Positions 1 to 12,489 of a stretch of 64,000 nt of DNA are shown in pieces. Every line of letters begins with the position of its first letter. Positions within the stretch are counted from its first letter, which is position 1. Under the pieces are notes generated by a model. The model ran no database searches. It saw only the letters and a list, made by a program, of their open reading frames with translations, and was not told where the DNA came from. The stretch spans positions 83,824,001 through 83,888,000 of the forward strand of contig NW_026262679.1 in NCBI RefSeq assembly GCF_021869535.1, in the 5' to 3' direction. The position numbers and the translations under genes are program-made. Origin of the DNA: Mytilus californianus. Its lineage: Eukaryota.

Positions 1-581
1 AAGCAGTGTAAGGGAGGTAATCAAAACGTTGTATTTGGATTACCTCCCTTACACTGCTTTTAAATTGTCTTAATTGTTCATAACCATTACTTTATACATA
101 ATTTAAAAGCAGTGTAAGGGAGGTAATTCAAATGATGTATTTTGAATTACCTCCTTTACACTGCTTTAAATTATGTTTTGTACTAAAGTATTTGTCCATT
201 AACCAGGACACCCTTGTTTTTCCCCCTTTTTTGCCCCTAATTCCTAAAGGGTTTGAGCCATAACCCCCCTAAGCAAATCCTAACCATCCCTTTGTGGTAT
301 GGAAACTTGTGGTATAATTTCAGAGAGATACAGACACCGTTCCACAAGTTATTGTCTGGAAACTAGAAAAATGCTTATTTTTGGCCCCTAATTCCTTAAC
401 TGTTGGTACCATAACCCCCAAAATCAATCCCAACCTTTCTTTTGTGGTATTGAACCTTATGGTAAAATTTCATAGAGATCCATTCACTTAAACTAAAGTT
501 ATTGTGCGAAAACCAATGTGTCTTCGGACTACGACGACGCCAACGTCATACCAATATACGACCTTTACGGTCGTATAAAAA
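1..581 (+). mobile_element. 3' part of a Helentron/HINE-like non-autonomous element (tandem hairpins, about 160-bp core units, GAC microsatellite, terminal hairpin)
   Basis: Ends CGACGACGCCAACGTCATACCAATATACGACCTTTACGGTCGTATAAAAA; positions 200-581 closely match 8540-9029. Classification is from architecture only. Confidence 0.6.
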
Positions 582-1508
582 CTGGATTTTTCAGGGGCAA
601 TTACTCCCATGACTGGAATTTTGATTTTTCTCCAATTTTCAAGGGTAGATACATTTTACTGTGTTGATCATTTTTGCATTTTACAGTTACAATAGATAAC
701 AGCCAAAAACTTACCGTTTCATGGGCCATAACTCCATTTGGGGTCTCCAGATTTTTCTCAAACCTTCCATGTAGAGACAGAACTTGCAATGCTGATATTT
801 TTTGCAATTTGCACTTTTAACCTAACCCCTTTAGTTTTCCAAACAATAGCCAAGAAGGGCAAAAATACTTAATAATCAATATTTCAGGGGCAATTACTCA
901 AAAACAGGTTTAAATTTTTGTTTTTTCTACATTTTGATAGTTGATAGAGCTGATTGTATTTCTCTAGTTGCTATAATTTTTGAGATATTAGCCAAAACTG
1001 TAGTCTGACCATAGCAGAAATCCTTAGAATGAAGCACACAATTTTTCATTTCAATCCACTGAGCAGTTTCAAAGGATAAGATTTTTTAAGAATAGTCTAT
1101 GGACGAAGGATGCAATGGAAGGGAAAATTTCACATGGCCCTTTCGACCAGTTGAGTTAAAAATTATCAGTAACTGAGAAAACTACTTTTGCCACAATTAA
1201 CTGACTACATGTTCAATGTGTAATATCTGTAGCAATGTTGTTTGATTGGCAAGAACATAGAATACAATTTTTCCGTACAACAGACACTAAGTACCAGTAA
1301 TGTTAAAAGCTAATAATGGCACTACGAGTCAGGTGAACTTAAATTTACTTGCAACATTATGACTTCAATTCTAAATAAAATACATAATTTTAAATTAGTA
1401 GATTTTATTTCATATCATTCGGATGTAAAAAATAACAAAATAACATGATATCACACCTGCATGCAATAACAAACATATAAATGAAAACATAACAATCTAT
1501 ACCACCTT

Positions 1509-1653
1509 TTAACGATTTGAGTATTCACAGTCACTGAAATCAATGTTACTAGACAGAGCTTGGGATATTTCTTCTGTTAATAACTGGTGTAACGCTCCTC
1601 CATCGTGAGAATAAATCCAAGTACCATTTGTAAAATCATATCTTTTTGGACCG
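1509..1653 (-). CDS. FXN: Frataxin exon 5 (terminal): (S)GPKRYDFTNGTWIYSHDGGALHQLLTEEISQALSSNIDFSDCEYSNR*
   Basis: Acceptor ctctgtttacag, phase 2; GPKRYD..W.YSHDG matches the frataxin C-terminus; TAA at 1509-1511. Confidence 0.95.
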
Positions 1654-2170
1654 CTGTAAACAGAGAATAAAATATAAATCTGATTATTGGACTTTGGTCT
1701 GGATCTTTAAATAGAAGATCTCCTACCGTCGATGATGATGTATGCTCATTTGATACTGAGGGACACAGTACTAAGTTTTGTGTTGACAAGGTTTTGAACC
1801 TTTATACAAGGACCAATGACTAGCTTGAACTTTGACCACTAATCTTGAAAATCAATAGAAGTCATCCAGTCCTCAGGTAGCAGGTAGATGGTTAGTCCCT
1901 GGGGGTAATATTCACTAAGTGACAAGTGCAACTGTACTGGAATATTTACTTGTATTTTTTTCATATCTTTAAGAATAGCAACTATGTAATTTTACTAAAG
2001 GTTAAAGCTGTGTTATTTATGCCAATTTGCACCCTTGTCCATCCCTAGATCTTTGAGGGGTTCATTTTGCCCAATTATGGCTCTTCTGTGTTTTGTTATG
2101 TGGACATATTTGTCTTTTCATCCTTTTTCTTTTCTTTGTGGTGTTGTCCTTGTTTTTTTGTGTTTTTTTT

Positions 2171-2547
2171 TGTCTGTCCATCCGTCCGTCTGTCGTCAAC
2201 ATGTCGAACAATTACTCAAAAATGCTGTAACAAATATTTATGAAACTTTGATGAATTGTTTACATCTATTAACATAAGCTCCCTTTCGATTTTAATAAAT
2301 TTTTGAAATTACGTTTCTTGGTTATGGGATTTTATTCATAAAAAAAGGGGGATTTTCCAGTTTTCGGACAACAACTCAAAATGCCTTGAGCAGTTTTCAT
2401 GAAACTTCAGTGACTGGTTTATATTTATTAAAATAAACTCCCTTTACTTTTTTTTTTTATAAATTTCTGATATGACATTGAGGAGTTATGGAACTTTATT
2501 TGAAAATGTGATGGGCGTATCATGCGCTTATGGTGCAGCTCTTTATT
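2171..2547 (-). mobile_element. Truncated HINE-like element (same family as 22166-22885) in FXN intron 4
   Basis: GTCC/GTCT microsatellite followed by units matching 22260-22880; end GGGCGTATCATGCGC..CTTTATT. Confidence 0.6.
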
Positions 2548-2677
2548 AATTTCTCCTTGGCATCTTCTCCCCTTACTCTATTTTGAATGTTCAATTTGGA
2601 TCCTTTTTTGTTAATTTTCCCAAACTCCTCAAAATGTCATTTCGATTTTAGTTGATGAAAGTTATCCCTGAACTATA

Positions 2678-3026
2678 TGATGATGATGGATGGCTGCTTA
2701 ACGTCCAGTGCAAATTAATATGCATATTCAGGACGAGAGCATGTTAATGTGATATGAATATTAACCATACTTTGTACTAGACCGACATGCTGAGCTGAAT
2801 TTTTAACATGCTAGTTCACAAGGTAACAGTCCGCATGAAGATATGTCACTTATCCAGACACATTATTCTGACTCCGAGCTGACCAGTCTTTGCTCTTACT
2901 CCTTAATGCTGCGTGCTTAGTGAAGAAGCGGCAAATACCAATCTTAGTCTTTGGTTTGATCCGGCAGGGACCCAAGACCTCCCACACTCCAGGCGAACAC
3001 ACTACCACAAGACCACCAAGGCAGTC
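2678..3026 (-). mobile_element. tRNA-derived SINE (bivalve Meta/MESC-like core, from memory)
   Basis: Minus strand: tRNA-like head (TGGTCTTGTGG), core TTGGTATTTGCCGCTTCTTCACTAAGCACGCAGCATTAAGGAGTAAGAGCAAAGACTGG, (ATC)n tail; near-identical copies at 42725-43084 and 59233-59759. Confidence 0.8.
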
Positions 3027-3107
3027 CTGAAATATATGTCTCATATATTTATATATTCCATAGTGTATTGGTTGCTTGTTTTCAGTAAATGACAACTGTT
3101 TAATTAC

Positions 3108-3205
3108 CTAATAGGAGATGATAACCAGATCTGTTTATTAGGTGACTGTTTGTTGATCACATACGTTCCCCATTTATCACTGATCTTCACTGTTAACACA
3201 CCATC
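3108..3205 (-). CDS. FXN: Frataxin exon 4: [32 protein letters not shown](S)
   Basis: aaacag|GAT...ATTAG|gtaatt, 98 nt, phase 0 to 2; hallmark [17 protein letters not shown]. Confidence 0.97.
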
Positions 3206-3467
3206 CTGTTTAAAAAATAAAGTCATACAGCTAGGAATTCCAATATTTCTCTAAACATACAATGTATATTGCCTATCTCCATAAAATTAAATCAAACAGC
3301 CTTGGATTCCAATATTTCCTTAATCATACAGTTTATATTACCTATCACAATAAATTTCAGACTACATTGTGTTGTTATAGGGAAGCAGATCTGAGGAGGA
3401 GATTGGAAGGACCTTTGTTAACAAGCAGATGAAAGATCTATAATTTCAGTATCTGGAAATATTCATA

Positions 3468-3678
3468 TACTGGAAATTTAGTAATTAATGTGTGCATTTA
3501 TTATTGCAGATCTCTGATTACAGGTAAAAATGTAAGATCTAATTGATGCGATTGCAAAAACTTTGTGAAGGAAAATCTCTACGGAAATTATGAATGCAAG
3601 TTTTTATTATTGCGATCCTAATACTGTTGCATTTTAGTGTTAATAAAAACAATGCAATGATTTTTGAAATTTACAGTA
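3468..3678. mobile_element. MITE with TA ends (Tc1/mariner-like)
   Basis: TACTGGAAATTT ... AAATTTACAGTA imperfect terminal inverted repeats. Confidence 0.5.
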
Positions 3679-4363
3679 TTGTGTTTTTGCTTTCAACAAT
3701 ATTTTTTAATATTCCAAAAAAATTATATGGTGTATTGGTTTCCTCTACAATATCATGTATATATTATAAAAGATGCACATACCCCATATGATTCATTATA
3801 ATTTGAATCACAGACCAAATTTCTTCTAACATTCAAATGTACTTCACTAAGTCCTCCCCTGTGCATCACAATCAATGATATCAATAAAAGTCAGCTTAAT
3901 TAAAGTGCATGTACTTTTCTTGTATGATTAGTAACATGATGTTCCTTGTGGTTTCTTGCACTTCCGAAATATTTTGAAATGGTATATTTTGTCTATATCT
4001 ATGTACTTTATACTTGTTTTTCAACATAGAAAAAATATTGCATGCTAATTGGATTCGGTAAAAACTTTAAGGTACATCATATACAATTTAACATTATAAA
4101 GTCCTAGAACAAATATTAAATCAATCTTCATACAAAACTTAGTAAGTAACAAGAAAGTAACAAACAGTTATTGTACTCAATTTGTACTATGATACTTACA
4201 CTGAGATTGCTCTGGTGTCTGCTTTTTAGAACTTACAAGGACTGACGTCAAAACAATCTAGAACTATATAATACCCTGTTTGTGAGTTAGTGTATGATAT
4301 CTGCAATCACAGTGTTAACACTAAACATGTTACATTCCTTTGACTAAAATTTTTGTTACTTAC

Positions 4364-4496
4364 CGCATATGTTACATCATATTCAGGATCACAGTCCTTA
4401 GTTTCTGCTAATAGGTCAAATTTGTCAGACAAGGACTGTAATGTTTCTTCTGATATTTCTTCATACTTATTTACTGATAATTCAGAGTTGTTCAAA
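4364..4496 (-). CDS. FXN: Frataxin exon 3: (S)LNNSELSVNKYEEISEETLQSLSDKFDLLAETKDCDPEYDVTYA
   Basis: ttttttag|T TTG...TAT GCG|gtaagt, 133 nt, phase 2 to 0; acidic helix YE..EETL..L and YDV motif. Confidence 0.95.
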
Positions 4497-4871
4497 CTAA
4501 AAAGAAAATGAATTGTTCTATTACTAAATGATGCATATTCTGTTTAAGAGCTGGCATTGCCACACTTGAGGATAAGTTATAGAAAAGTGTAACTATGTTC
4601 TTCATATTGATATATGTTTTTTTTAACACTTTAAACCTTATTTATACTTTTGTGAATTCTTTTTTCCTGTTTAGTCTTTTTTGTAGCTGACTTCACATTG
4701 ATTTATTTTTTATACATAAGAGAAGATCCAAGTTTCACATAGTCATGAAAATTAATTTTTAAGTCATTTTTCTACTCCCAAAAGTCATGAATTTTTTGGT
4801 TAACTTTATAACTATACTTATCAGAGCCTGAGAGGTTGACATCTGGTTAACAAATAATTGACTAATCTAAC

Positions 4872-5002
4872 CTGTCAGTTGTTGTTGAACTATACAATTG
4901 AGTGTTTTGTCTGTATGTCTGTTGTTCTTTCTGTCTTCTTTTAATGTTTTGTACATATGAACCACATGAACAGACTCTTGTGGCTGTGGATGAAGTTCTG
5001 GC
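4872..5002 (-). CDS. FXN: Frataxin exon 2 (presequence): ARTSSTATRVCSCGSYVQNIKRRQKEQQTYRQNTQLYSSTTTD(S)
   Basis: tttaatag|GCC...GACAG|gttaga, 131 nt, open frame, phase 0 to 2; R/S/T-rich like a mitochondrial targeting region. Not supported by homology. Confidence 0.75.
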
Positions 5003-6339
5003 CTATTAAATAGAACATAATTATAACAAAAACATATAACAGGATTTTAAAATAATGCTTGATCACTGGAATGATTGTACATTAATGACACCAGATACTG
5101 CTACCACAGAACAGACATACCTATAGATAAAACATTTTTTTAATAGTTGTATTAAAACTGCCATTGCTTTGTATGTTCTCATGGCTCTCCTGCTTCTATA
5201 AACAGTAAAAATTATGTACCAATTCGTCAATTTTAAAGGCCAGTCAAACTGGCTTCTATAATTTTGTTTTTGTTTTGATTTGATTTGGAATATTCATGTA
5301 CATGCAGCTGCATTGTAACAGTTTAATAAATGACTAAAATAGTGGACTTCAGCTTTTCCTGTAATTCAATGCTTTCCAATGAGGCCATGGAGCCAGGCCA
5401 TGACAATTTTAAGGGCAGGTAAAAATATCCTGATGGAACAAACCAGACGTTTGACTATAATAAATATAAACAGCCAATACACATCATCATCCAATACCAC
5501 CATATATTTTGGCAAATCCTAAATATACTGAACACTGACAGTGGATATTTTCTTCCTTTAATTGACTGACTGAACTTGTATCTCCCAATTTTAAAGAATA
5601 AGTTAACAGAAGATGGAACAACCAAATTAATTATTGCAAAGGAAATAAAACCTTCCCCAGAATCAGTTGGTGTTTACCTTACCATTTAATTTTTTTGCAA
5701 AGTGAATTGTCATTTTGGCTGTACAAAAAATAAACTAGAAATGAAAATACATTTGTTCACATAGCTAAATAAACTAGTCATACCACATCTCCTTATTTTT
5801 ATGATATATTGTAAATGACAACAAGTACATGAACTGCATGAAGTACTGTGTATAATGTATGTTCATTCTGTATTTTGAAAAAAAAACAATACAAAAATGT
5901 ATGCTAAATAAAAAAAGGCAGTAGCTACAAGTGTACTTGTACTTATGTAAAATAAAGAGAGGTATGATTGCCAATGAGACAACAGTATCCACCAAAGACC
6001 AAAGGATTAGGATGTGAACAGCTACATGGTCACCATACCACCTTCAACTATGAGAAAAACCCATACCGTATACAGGTACATGTAGTAAGCTATAAAGGTC
6101 TGGGTAACAAAATGTGACACAATTCAAAACAGAATAAAATGCTTCGCTGGGCGCAGCTTGATACGACCGCAGAGGTCGAACCCTGAACAGTTGGGGCAAG
6201 TATGGACACAACATTCAAGCTTGATACAGCTCTGAATTTGGATTGTGATTAAATATTTGACACAGCATAGGTTTCTGACACAGAAAGAATGTGGTCTAAG
6301 AACTTCAATTTTTTTAATTTACCTATTATGGTCCAATGT

Positions 6340-7835
6340 CCAAAATCAAAATACATGGTTAGATTCAGCATATCAAAGAACCCCATATATTCAATTTTTG
6401 TTGAAATCAAACAAAGTTTAATTTTGGACCCCAACTTGGACAAACTTGAAAACTGGTCCAATAATCAAAAATCTAAACACATGTTTAGATTCAGCATATC
6501 AAAGTACCCGAAGAATTCAATTTTTGTTAAAATCAAACTAAGTTTAATTTTGGACCCTTTGGACCTTAATGTAGACAAATTTGAAAAACGGGACCCAAAA
6601 TTAAAAATCTAAAAACACGGTTAGATTTGGCATATCAAAGAACCCCAATAATTAAATTTTTGATGAAATCAAACAAAGTTTAATTTTGGACCCTTTTGAC
6701 CTCAATATGAAACCAATTTGATAGCGGGCCCACAAATAAAAAATCTAAATACATGGTAAGATTCAGCATATCAAAGAACCCCATATATTCAATTTTTGTT
6801 GAAATCAAACAAAGTTTAATTTTGGACCCCAATTTGGATCAACTTGAAAACTGGGCCAAAAATCTAAAATCTAAATACATGTTTAGATTCAGCATATCAA
6901 AGAACCCCATATATTCAATTTTTGTTGAAATCAAACAAAGTTTAATTTTGGACCCCAACTTGGACCAACTTGAAAACTGGTCCCATAATCAAAAATCTAA
7001 ATACATGTTTAGATTCAGCATATCAAAGAACCCCAAAAATTCAATTTTTGTTAAAATCAAACTAAGTTTAATTTTGGACCCTTTGGACCTTAATGTAGAC
7101 CAATTTAAAAAACAGGACCCAAAATTAAAAATCTAAATACACGGTTAGATTTGGCATATCAAAGAACCCCAATAATTCAATTTTTGATGAAATCAAACAA
7201 AGTTTAATTTTGGACCCTTTTGACCTCAATATGAACCAATTTGATAGCGGGCCCACAAATAAAAAATCTAAATACATGGTAAGATTCAGCATATCAAAGA
7301 ACCCCATATATTCAATTTTTGTTGAAATCAAACAAAGTTTAATTTTGGACCCCAATTTGGACCAACTTGAAAACTGGGCCAAAAATCTAAAATCTAAATA
7401 CATGTTTAGATTCAGCATATCAAAGAACCCCATATATTCAATTTTTGTTGAAATCAAACAAAGTTTAATTTTGGACCCAACTTGGACCAACTTGAAAACT
7501 GGGCCCATAATCAAAAATCTAAACACATGTTTAGATTCAGCATATCAAAGAACCCCAAGAATTCAATTTTTGTTAAAATCAAACTAAGTTTAATTTTGGA
7601 CCCTTTGGACCTTAATGTAGACCAATTTAAAAAACGGGACCCAAAATTAAAAATCTAAATACACGGTTAGATTCGGCATATCAAAGAACCCCAATAATTC
7701 AATTTTTGATGAAATCAAACAAAGTTAAATTTTGGACCCTTTGGACCTCAATGTGGACCAATTTAAAAACGGGGCCCAAAATCCAAAAACTTTATACACG
7801 GTTAGCTTCAGCATATTAAAGAACCCCAAGAATTC
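6340..7835. repeat. Tandem array of about 11.5 units of 125-137 bp with 4-mer higher-order structure
   Basis: Unit marker ATACATGGTTAGATTCAGCATATCAAAGAACCCC recurs near 6351, 6477, 6614, 6750, 6875, 7001, 7137, 7270, 7399, 7523, 7659 and 7795 (approximate). Confidence 0.9.
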
Positions 7836-7895
7836 AAGAATAAAACCCCATTGAAATTGATTAAGAAATAAGCAATTTATACGAAGTATCTTCTT

Positions 7896-8117
7896 TTGCA
7901 CAATACTGTGCAATTGAATATTTCTTGCTATTGCGCAATACTGTACAATTGACAATTTCTTGCTATTGCGCAATATTGTGCTATTGGATATTTCTTGCTA
8001 TTGCGCAATACTGTGCAATTGAAGATTTCTTGCTATTGCGCAATACTGTGCAATTGAAGATTTCTTGCTATTGTGCAATACTGTGCAATTGAAAATTTCT
8101 TGCTATTGCACAATACT
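7896..8117. repeat. 35-bp minisatellite, about 6 copies
   Basis: TTGCTATTGCGCAATACTGTGCAATTGAAGATTTC starts at 7925, 7960, 7995, 8030, 8065 and 8100. Confidence 0.92.
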
Positions 8118-8289
8118 TATTATATAATAATTTACACATCCTGTTTGGTGTGTATCTCCTACCATATCATTATTATTTGATTTTAAATATAAATCAGAAA
8201 TAACCAACTTAAAATGGAAAATTTTAAAAGAAAAAAAAAGGAAAAAAAGAAAAAAAAAAAAAAAAAAAATCCCCCCCCCAAATTTTTTG

Positions 8290-8880
8290 AACCCCCTTAT
8301 GATTCATCACCCCCAAACTCAATCCCAGCCTTCCCTTTGTGGTATGGTACCTTGCAGTACAATTTCAGAGAGATCCATACACTTGAACACAAGTTATTGT
8401 CATGAAACTAGAAAAATGCTTATTTTTGGCCCCTTTTTGGCCCCCAATTCCTAAACGTTTCGGGCAATTACCCCCAAACTCAATTCCAGCTTTCCCTTTG
8501 TGATATGGAACCTTGTAGTACAATTTCAGAAATATCCAAACACTTACACACAAGTTATTGTCATGAAACTAGAAACATGCTTGTTTTTTGCCCCTTTTTT
8601 GGCCCCTAATTCCTAAAATTTTGAGGCAATTACCCCCAAAATCAATTACAGCCTTCCCTTTGTGATATGGAACCTTGTGGTACAATGTCAGAGAGATCCA
8701 TACACTTACACACAAGTTATTGTCTGAAAGTTACAAAAATGCTTATTTTTGGCCCCTTTTTGGCCCCTAATTCCTTAACTGTTGGTACCATAACCCCCAA
8801 AATCAATCCCAACCTTCCTTTCGTGGTATTGAACCTTATGGTGAAATTTCATGGAGATCCATTCACTTAAACTAAAGTTA
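8290..8880. repeat. About 162-bp tandem array, about 4 units
   Basis: CCCCAAA(C/A)TCAAT recurs near 8310, 8471, 8634 and 8794. Confidence 0.8.
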
Positions 8881-9807
8881 GAGTGCGAAAACCAATGTGT
8901 CTTCGGACGACGCCGGACGACGCCGGACGACGCCGGACGACGACGACGACGACAACGACGACGACGACGACGCCAACGTCATACCAATATACGACCAAAA
9001 AATTTTTAATTTTTGCGGTCGTATAAAAATAACATCCTGTTACAACACAAAAGAAACAGTTATGGTTCCTGTATATACATGTAAATACATATAAATTTGT
9101 GTGTAAAATGTCATTTATTGTTGGTATCAGGTCCATTCACTTCCTTACCACTTCACACCCCTATTTTTTAGTTGATTAATTATCAATTGTTAATTTATGA
9201 TTCTTGTTAATTAGTATTTACAACTTAAGGTAATTTGGCATCGAACAATTATGATTGTTGCTATAACCAGAGACATACATGTATAATACATTGTAACATA
9301 TGTCTCTGTTATAACTAGCTTTGGTGTAAAGTAAAATATATGTAGTTAGCTAGATTGATACGAGTAAAAACTTTATTTAAAAACAATAAAAAAACTTGTC
9401 TTTTATTTCATAGCGATACAATAAAACACAATTTCAAAATTATTCAACACAAAACCTTAAAAAAGAGTGTGAACATGAAAGGGAGTGAAGTTAACTTTTG
9501 GGCATTATTGTTGCAGACTTTTGAGCTAACTTTTAAGTTTTAGCCAATTTCATAAGTGAAAAGACTGCATAGTCCTTTATCATGCGTTTTCATTCATTTG
9601 CAGCGCATCATGGGGTTTTCACAATATTGTTGTCTTGAAGACTTATATTAGTATACACCTGGGACTATATACTAATATATCATGTCCCAGTTATTTATAA
9701 ACAAGTGCAACTTAAGTTACAATATACATAATTTTTTTCATGTTTTATTGGTATTTTATAAAGGAAATGAGATGTATTTCTTCAATGTCAATAATTCATG
9801 GACGTAC

Positions 9808-9876
9808 TAAATTTTCTATAAAAACACTGGAAGGCTTAAAATACTTTAAAACCCCTAGTTTTAACAGCTTTGACAT
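9808..9876 (-). CDS. FXN: Frataxin exon 1: MSKLLKLGVLKYFKPSSVFIENL
   Basis: ATG 9876, about 35 nt downstream of CCGGAAGT; donor TTA|gtacgt, phase 0. The five exons total 576 nt = 191 aa + stop; intron phases 0,2,0,2 match human FXN as I recall it. Confidence 0.7.
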
Positions 9877-9899
9877 ATTTGCTGTACAGAGCTGCAAGC

Positions 9900-10300
9900 A
9901 CCTGTTAAACCGGAAGTCGAAGTCTGCTCGCTCTTAGAACAAAGGATAGATTTTATTTAACAGCCCAAAAAAATAAACTTGAACTGTAAACTAAATATAT
10001 TTACATGTAATTAGATTTATATTTTATATCACACTCTATTGTATATTCTACATAAGAAAATGCCTGTACCAAGTCAGGAATATGACAGTTGTTATCCATT
10101 CGTTTGGTGTGTTTGTTTTTTTGATTTTGCCATTTGATTGGGGACTTTCCTTTTTGAATTTTCCTCGGAGTTCAGTATTTTTGTGATTTTACTTTTTGCT
10201 TGTTGCAATTTTTGATTGGCCATTGTTAAGTAAATTGTTGAATTTGCAGGAACTATACAACTAAGTCTCCCAAAATAAATTATCACTTCCGGTAAACAGT
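9900..10300. promoter_or_regulatory. Putative bidirectional promoter FXN / ZF-A
   Basis: ETS/GABP-type CCGGAAGT at 9910-9917 and ACTTCCGG at 10285-10292; reverse CCAAT (GATTGG) near 10215. Confidence 0.55.
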
Positions 10301-10354
10301 TCAGGTGACAATGTTGCCAAACAGGACATAGTAAACAGAAAAAACCTTATACTG
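10293..10354 (+). other. Putative non-coding first exon of ZF-A
   Basis: Follows the ETS motif; candidate donors CAG|gtgaca (10304) and CTG|gtaatg (10354); contains short uORF ATG TTG CCA AAC AGG ACA TAG (10311-10331). Confidence 0.4.
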
Positions 10355-12323
10355 GTAATGTTTATTCGCAATATTATTATTTCTAGTCAATAGGACAATT
10401 CATAATGACACATTTAGATATTCTTTATTATATAGTCGGAAGTAATATAGGATTTAAGTCGCATATCATTTGTACATTTCATTTGTCAAACACAGTCACA
10501 GACACAAGTGTTGTCTCTGTAAAAAAATCTCAACTCAGGTTCTCACCTGCATTTTTCTTAAAATGACACTTTATGGCATTTTCTTATTTTCATGTTAAGT
10601 AAAAGAGTATATGTATACTTTTGACAAAGCTTACCTTAAGGTAACAGATAAAGAACAAAGTCATTTATACAGGAAATAATTGACTTGAAACTGAAAGACT
10701 GATTACTTGTACAGTATAGGTACATTCGTAGAGGGATATTTCTTTAAATGTCCTAATTTGACAAGATGTCCAACAGTTGTCAGTGGCCAATTAACACCTG
10801 CTCAGCTGTGATGTTACCTGTGTAATACTACATGTACAAATGTAGCTGTGGAATCGTAGCTCTTAGGTTAATATTTTTTGACAATTTGCAGACCAGAAGG
10901 ACCTAAGAGCTATTAAAGCATCATTAACTAGCTAACAAACTGCATGTACAAATGTACATGTCCGACAGTATGAGATAAGGAGATGTGGTATAATGCCAAT
11001 GAGACTACACAAATGTATCTACCAGAGACCAAATAATGTAGATCTGTTTTACAGGCACTCATTGACACTTAGATTTCTTATTCCATAAAATTTCAATAAT
11101 AGTAAAATTCCTCAATCCTCATGTAATTGTTAGTTTGATTGATAAGGAGAGGGTTTTTTAAGTTGTTGGTTAACGGATCCGCTGACCCATTTTTTTACGA
11201 TTTACAATGTATATGGAAAAATGAAATTTCATGCTTTTTTAATATTCTCACTGACTCTGCCAAATTCGTTATCCCTGAAATATACATAAGAATTATTCTT
11301 CGTAGTACATACTAACATTCACCTCAAATATAATGTGCATTATATATTGTAATAAACAGTAATGATCCGTTTTGTTGGTGAATCCTAAAAATAGGCAATC
11401 GAACAGATCTGGAAATGAAATCCTATGTTAATATCCCTTTATGCAAAGTTTGTTTCCTTTTATGTCATAATTCGGTAAGATTTTATTTTGAAGCTGTTTC
11501 ATCCTTGTTTATGAAATTAATGGACCCGTTCAAATGGGAAACACATTTTAAGTTAAAAGTGACAGAAGATGAACACAAACAATTTGGAATTTTCTTGTTT
11601 CATAGGTTGTACAAAACTTTTTCTCTCACTTGGATATCAAAAGCAGGGTTAAATGACAAAAACTAAGGACAGAACCAATAACCATCTGTCCCATTGGGCA
11701 TGTTGGATGGGTATATAGATATAAGAAGATGTGGTATGAGTGCCAATGAGACAACTCTCCATCCAAGTCACAATTTGTAAAAGTAAACCATTATAGGTCA
11801 AAGTAAGGCCTTCAACACGGAGCCTTGGCTCACACCAAACAGCAAGCTATAAAGGGCCCCAAAAATGACTAGTGTAAAACCATTAAAACAGGAAAGCCAA
11901 CAGTCTAATCTATATAAAAAACGAGAAACACTTATGAACCACATCAACAAACGACAATATGTCTCCTTCCCGAGTGGTTAACTACTTCATGTATTTCGTG
12001 TTTGTAAATTTTGTTCACATGCTTTCCTGCATGAAGCTCATTATTCACTGTGTTTTGTAAAAATTGATAGAAAGCAACATAAACCTATTTTTCGTTCATT
12101 ATGAAATGACATTTATGTCCCGTTTGTAAATGAACAAAAAAAACCTTTTTTACGAACTTATATGACCATGACATGCATCAGATGCGGATCATGCCATTTT
12201 GAAAAGGGGGATTTAATAAATTTTATTCCTAACTTAAACCTTCTTACACTTTATTTGGTTCCATTTCCTGTTATTGCTGTTTTATTGACAAATGTTCTAA
12301 TTTCAATTTTAGACATCATTACA

Positions 12324-12489
12324 ATGGTGGTTTGGAATTCTACAGAAGCTGTGTTTAATACAGAAGATGGAGAACTGATATTACACAGCAGACATCCTTT
12401 CACAATAAATAAAAAGATTCCAAAGATTGTTGGCGCTGTGTCTATATTGTTGATCCAAGATGGAGACACAGTAGAACCAACCTTAGCAG
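12324..12489 (+). CDS. ZF-A coding exon 1: novel N-terminal module MVVWNSTEAVFNTEDGELILHSRHPFTINKKIPKIVGAVSILLIQDGDTVEPTLA(G)
   Basis: Acceptor caattttag at 12312, ATG 12324, donor GCAG|gttatt phase 1; homologous to exons at 35174-35309 and 57535-57685. Confidence 0.8.

Larger units (their letters stand above)
6133..9029 (+). mobile_element. 2.9-kb composite Helentron/HINE-like element in FXN intron 1
   Basis: 5' GATACGACCGC (about 6160) is inverted relative to 3' GCGGTCGTATA (about 9015-9025); 3' hairpin ATACGACC..GGTCGTAT; (GAC)n at about 8905-8972; three different internal tandem arrays. Confidence 0.7.

Noticed and set aside
2850-3095. 81-aa ORF
   Set aside because: Mostly a chance translation of the SINE head and core.
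6249-7587. Several 70-133 aa ORFs with repeated peptides
   Set aside because: Translations of the 131-bp tandem array on both strands; no splice context or recognisable domain.
6340-8117. Regular repeats as a possible CRISPR array
   Set aside because: Contiguous tandem units with no unique spacers, eukaryotic context, no cas genes.
8220-8280. A/C homopolymer runs here and G runs at 36190-36228 as functional (G-quadruplex or low-complexity ORF) signals
   Set aside because: They fall inside repeat elements, and homopolymer lengths are error-prone in assemblies.
8867-9136. Poly-Val and poly-Asp ORFs
   Set aside because: Produced by the (GAC)n microsatellite at the element's 3' end.
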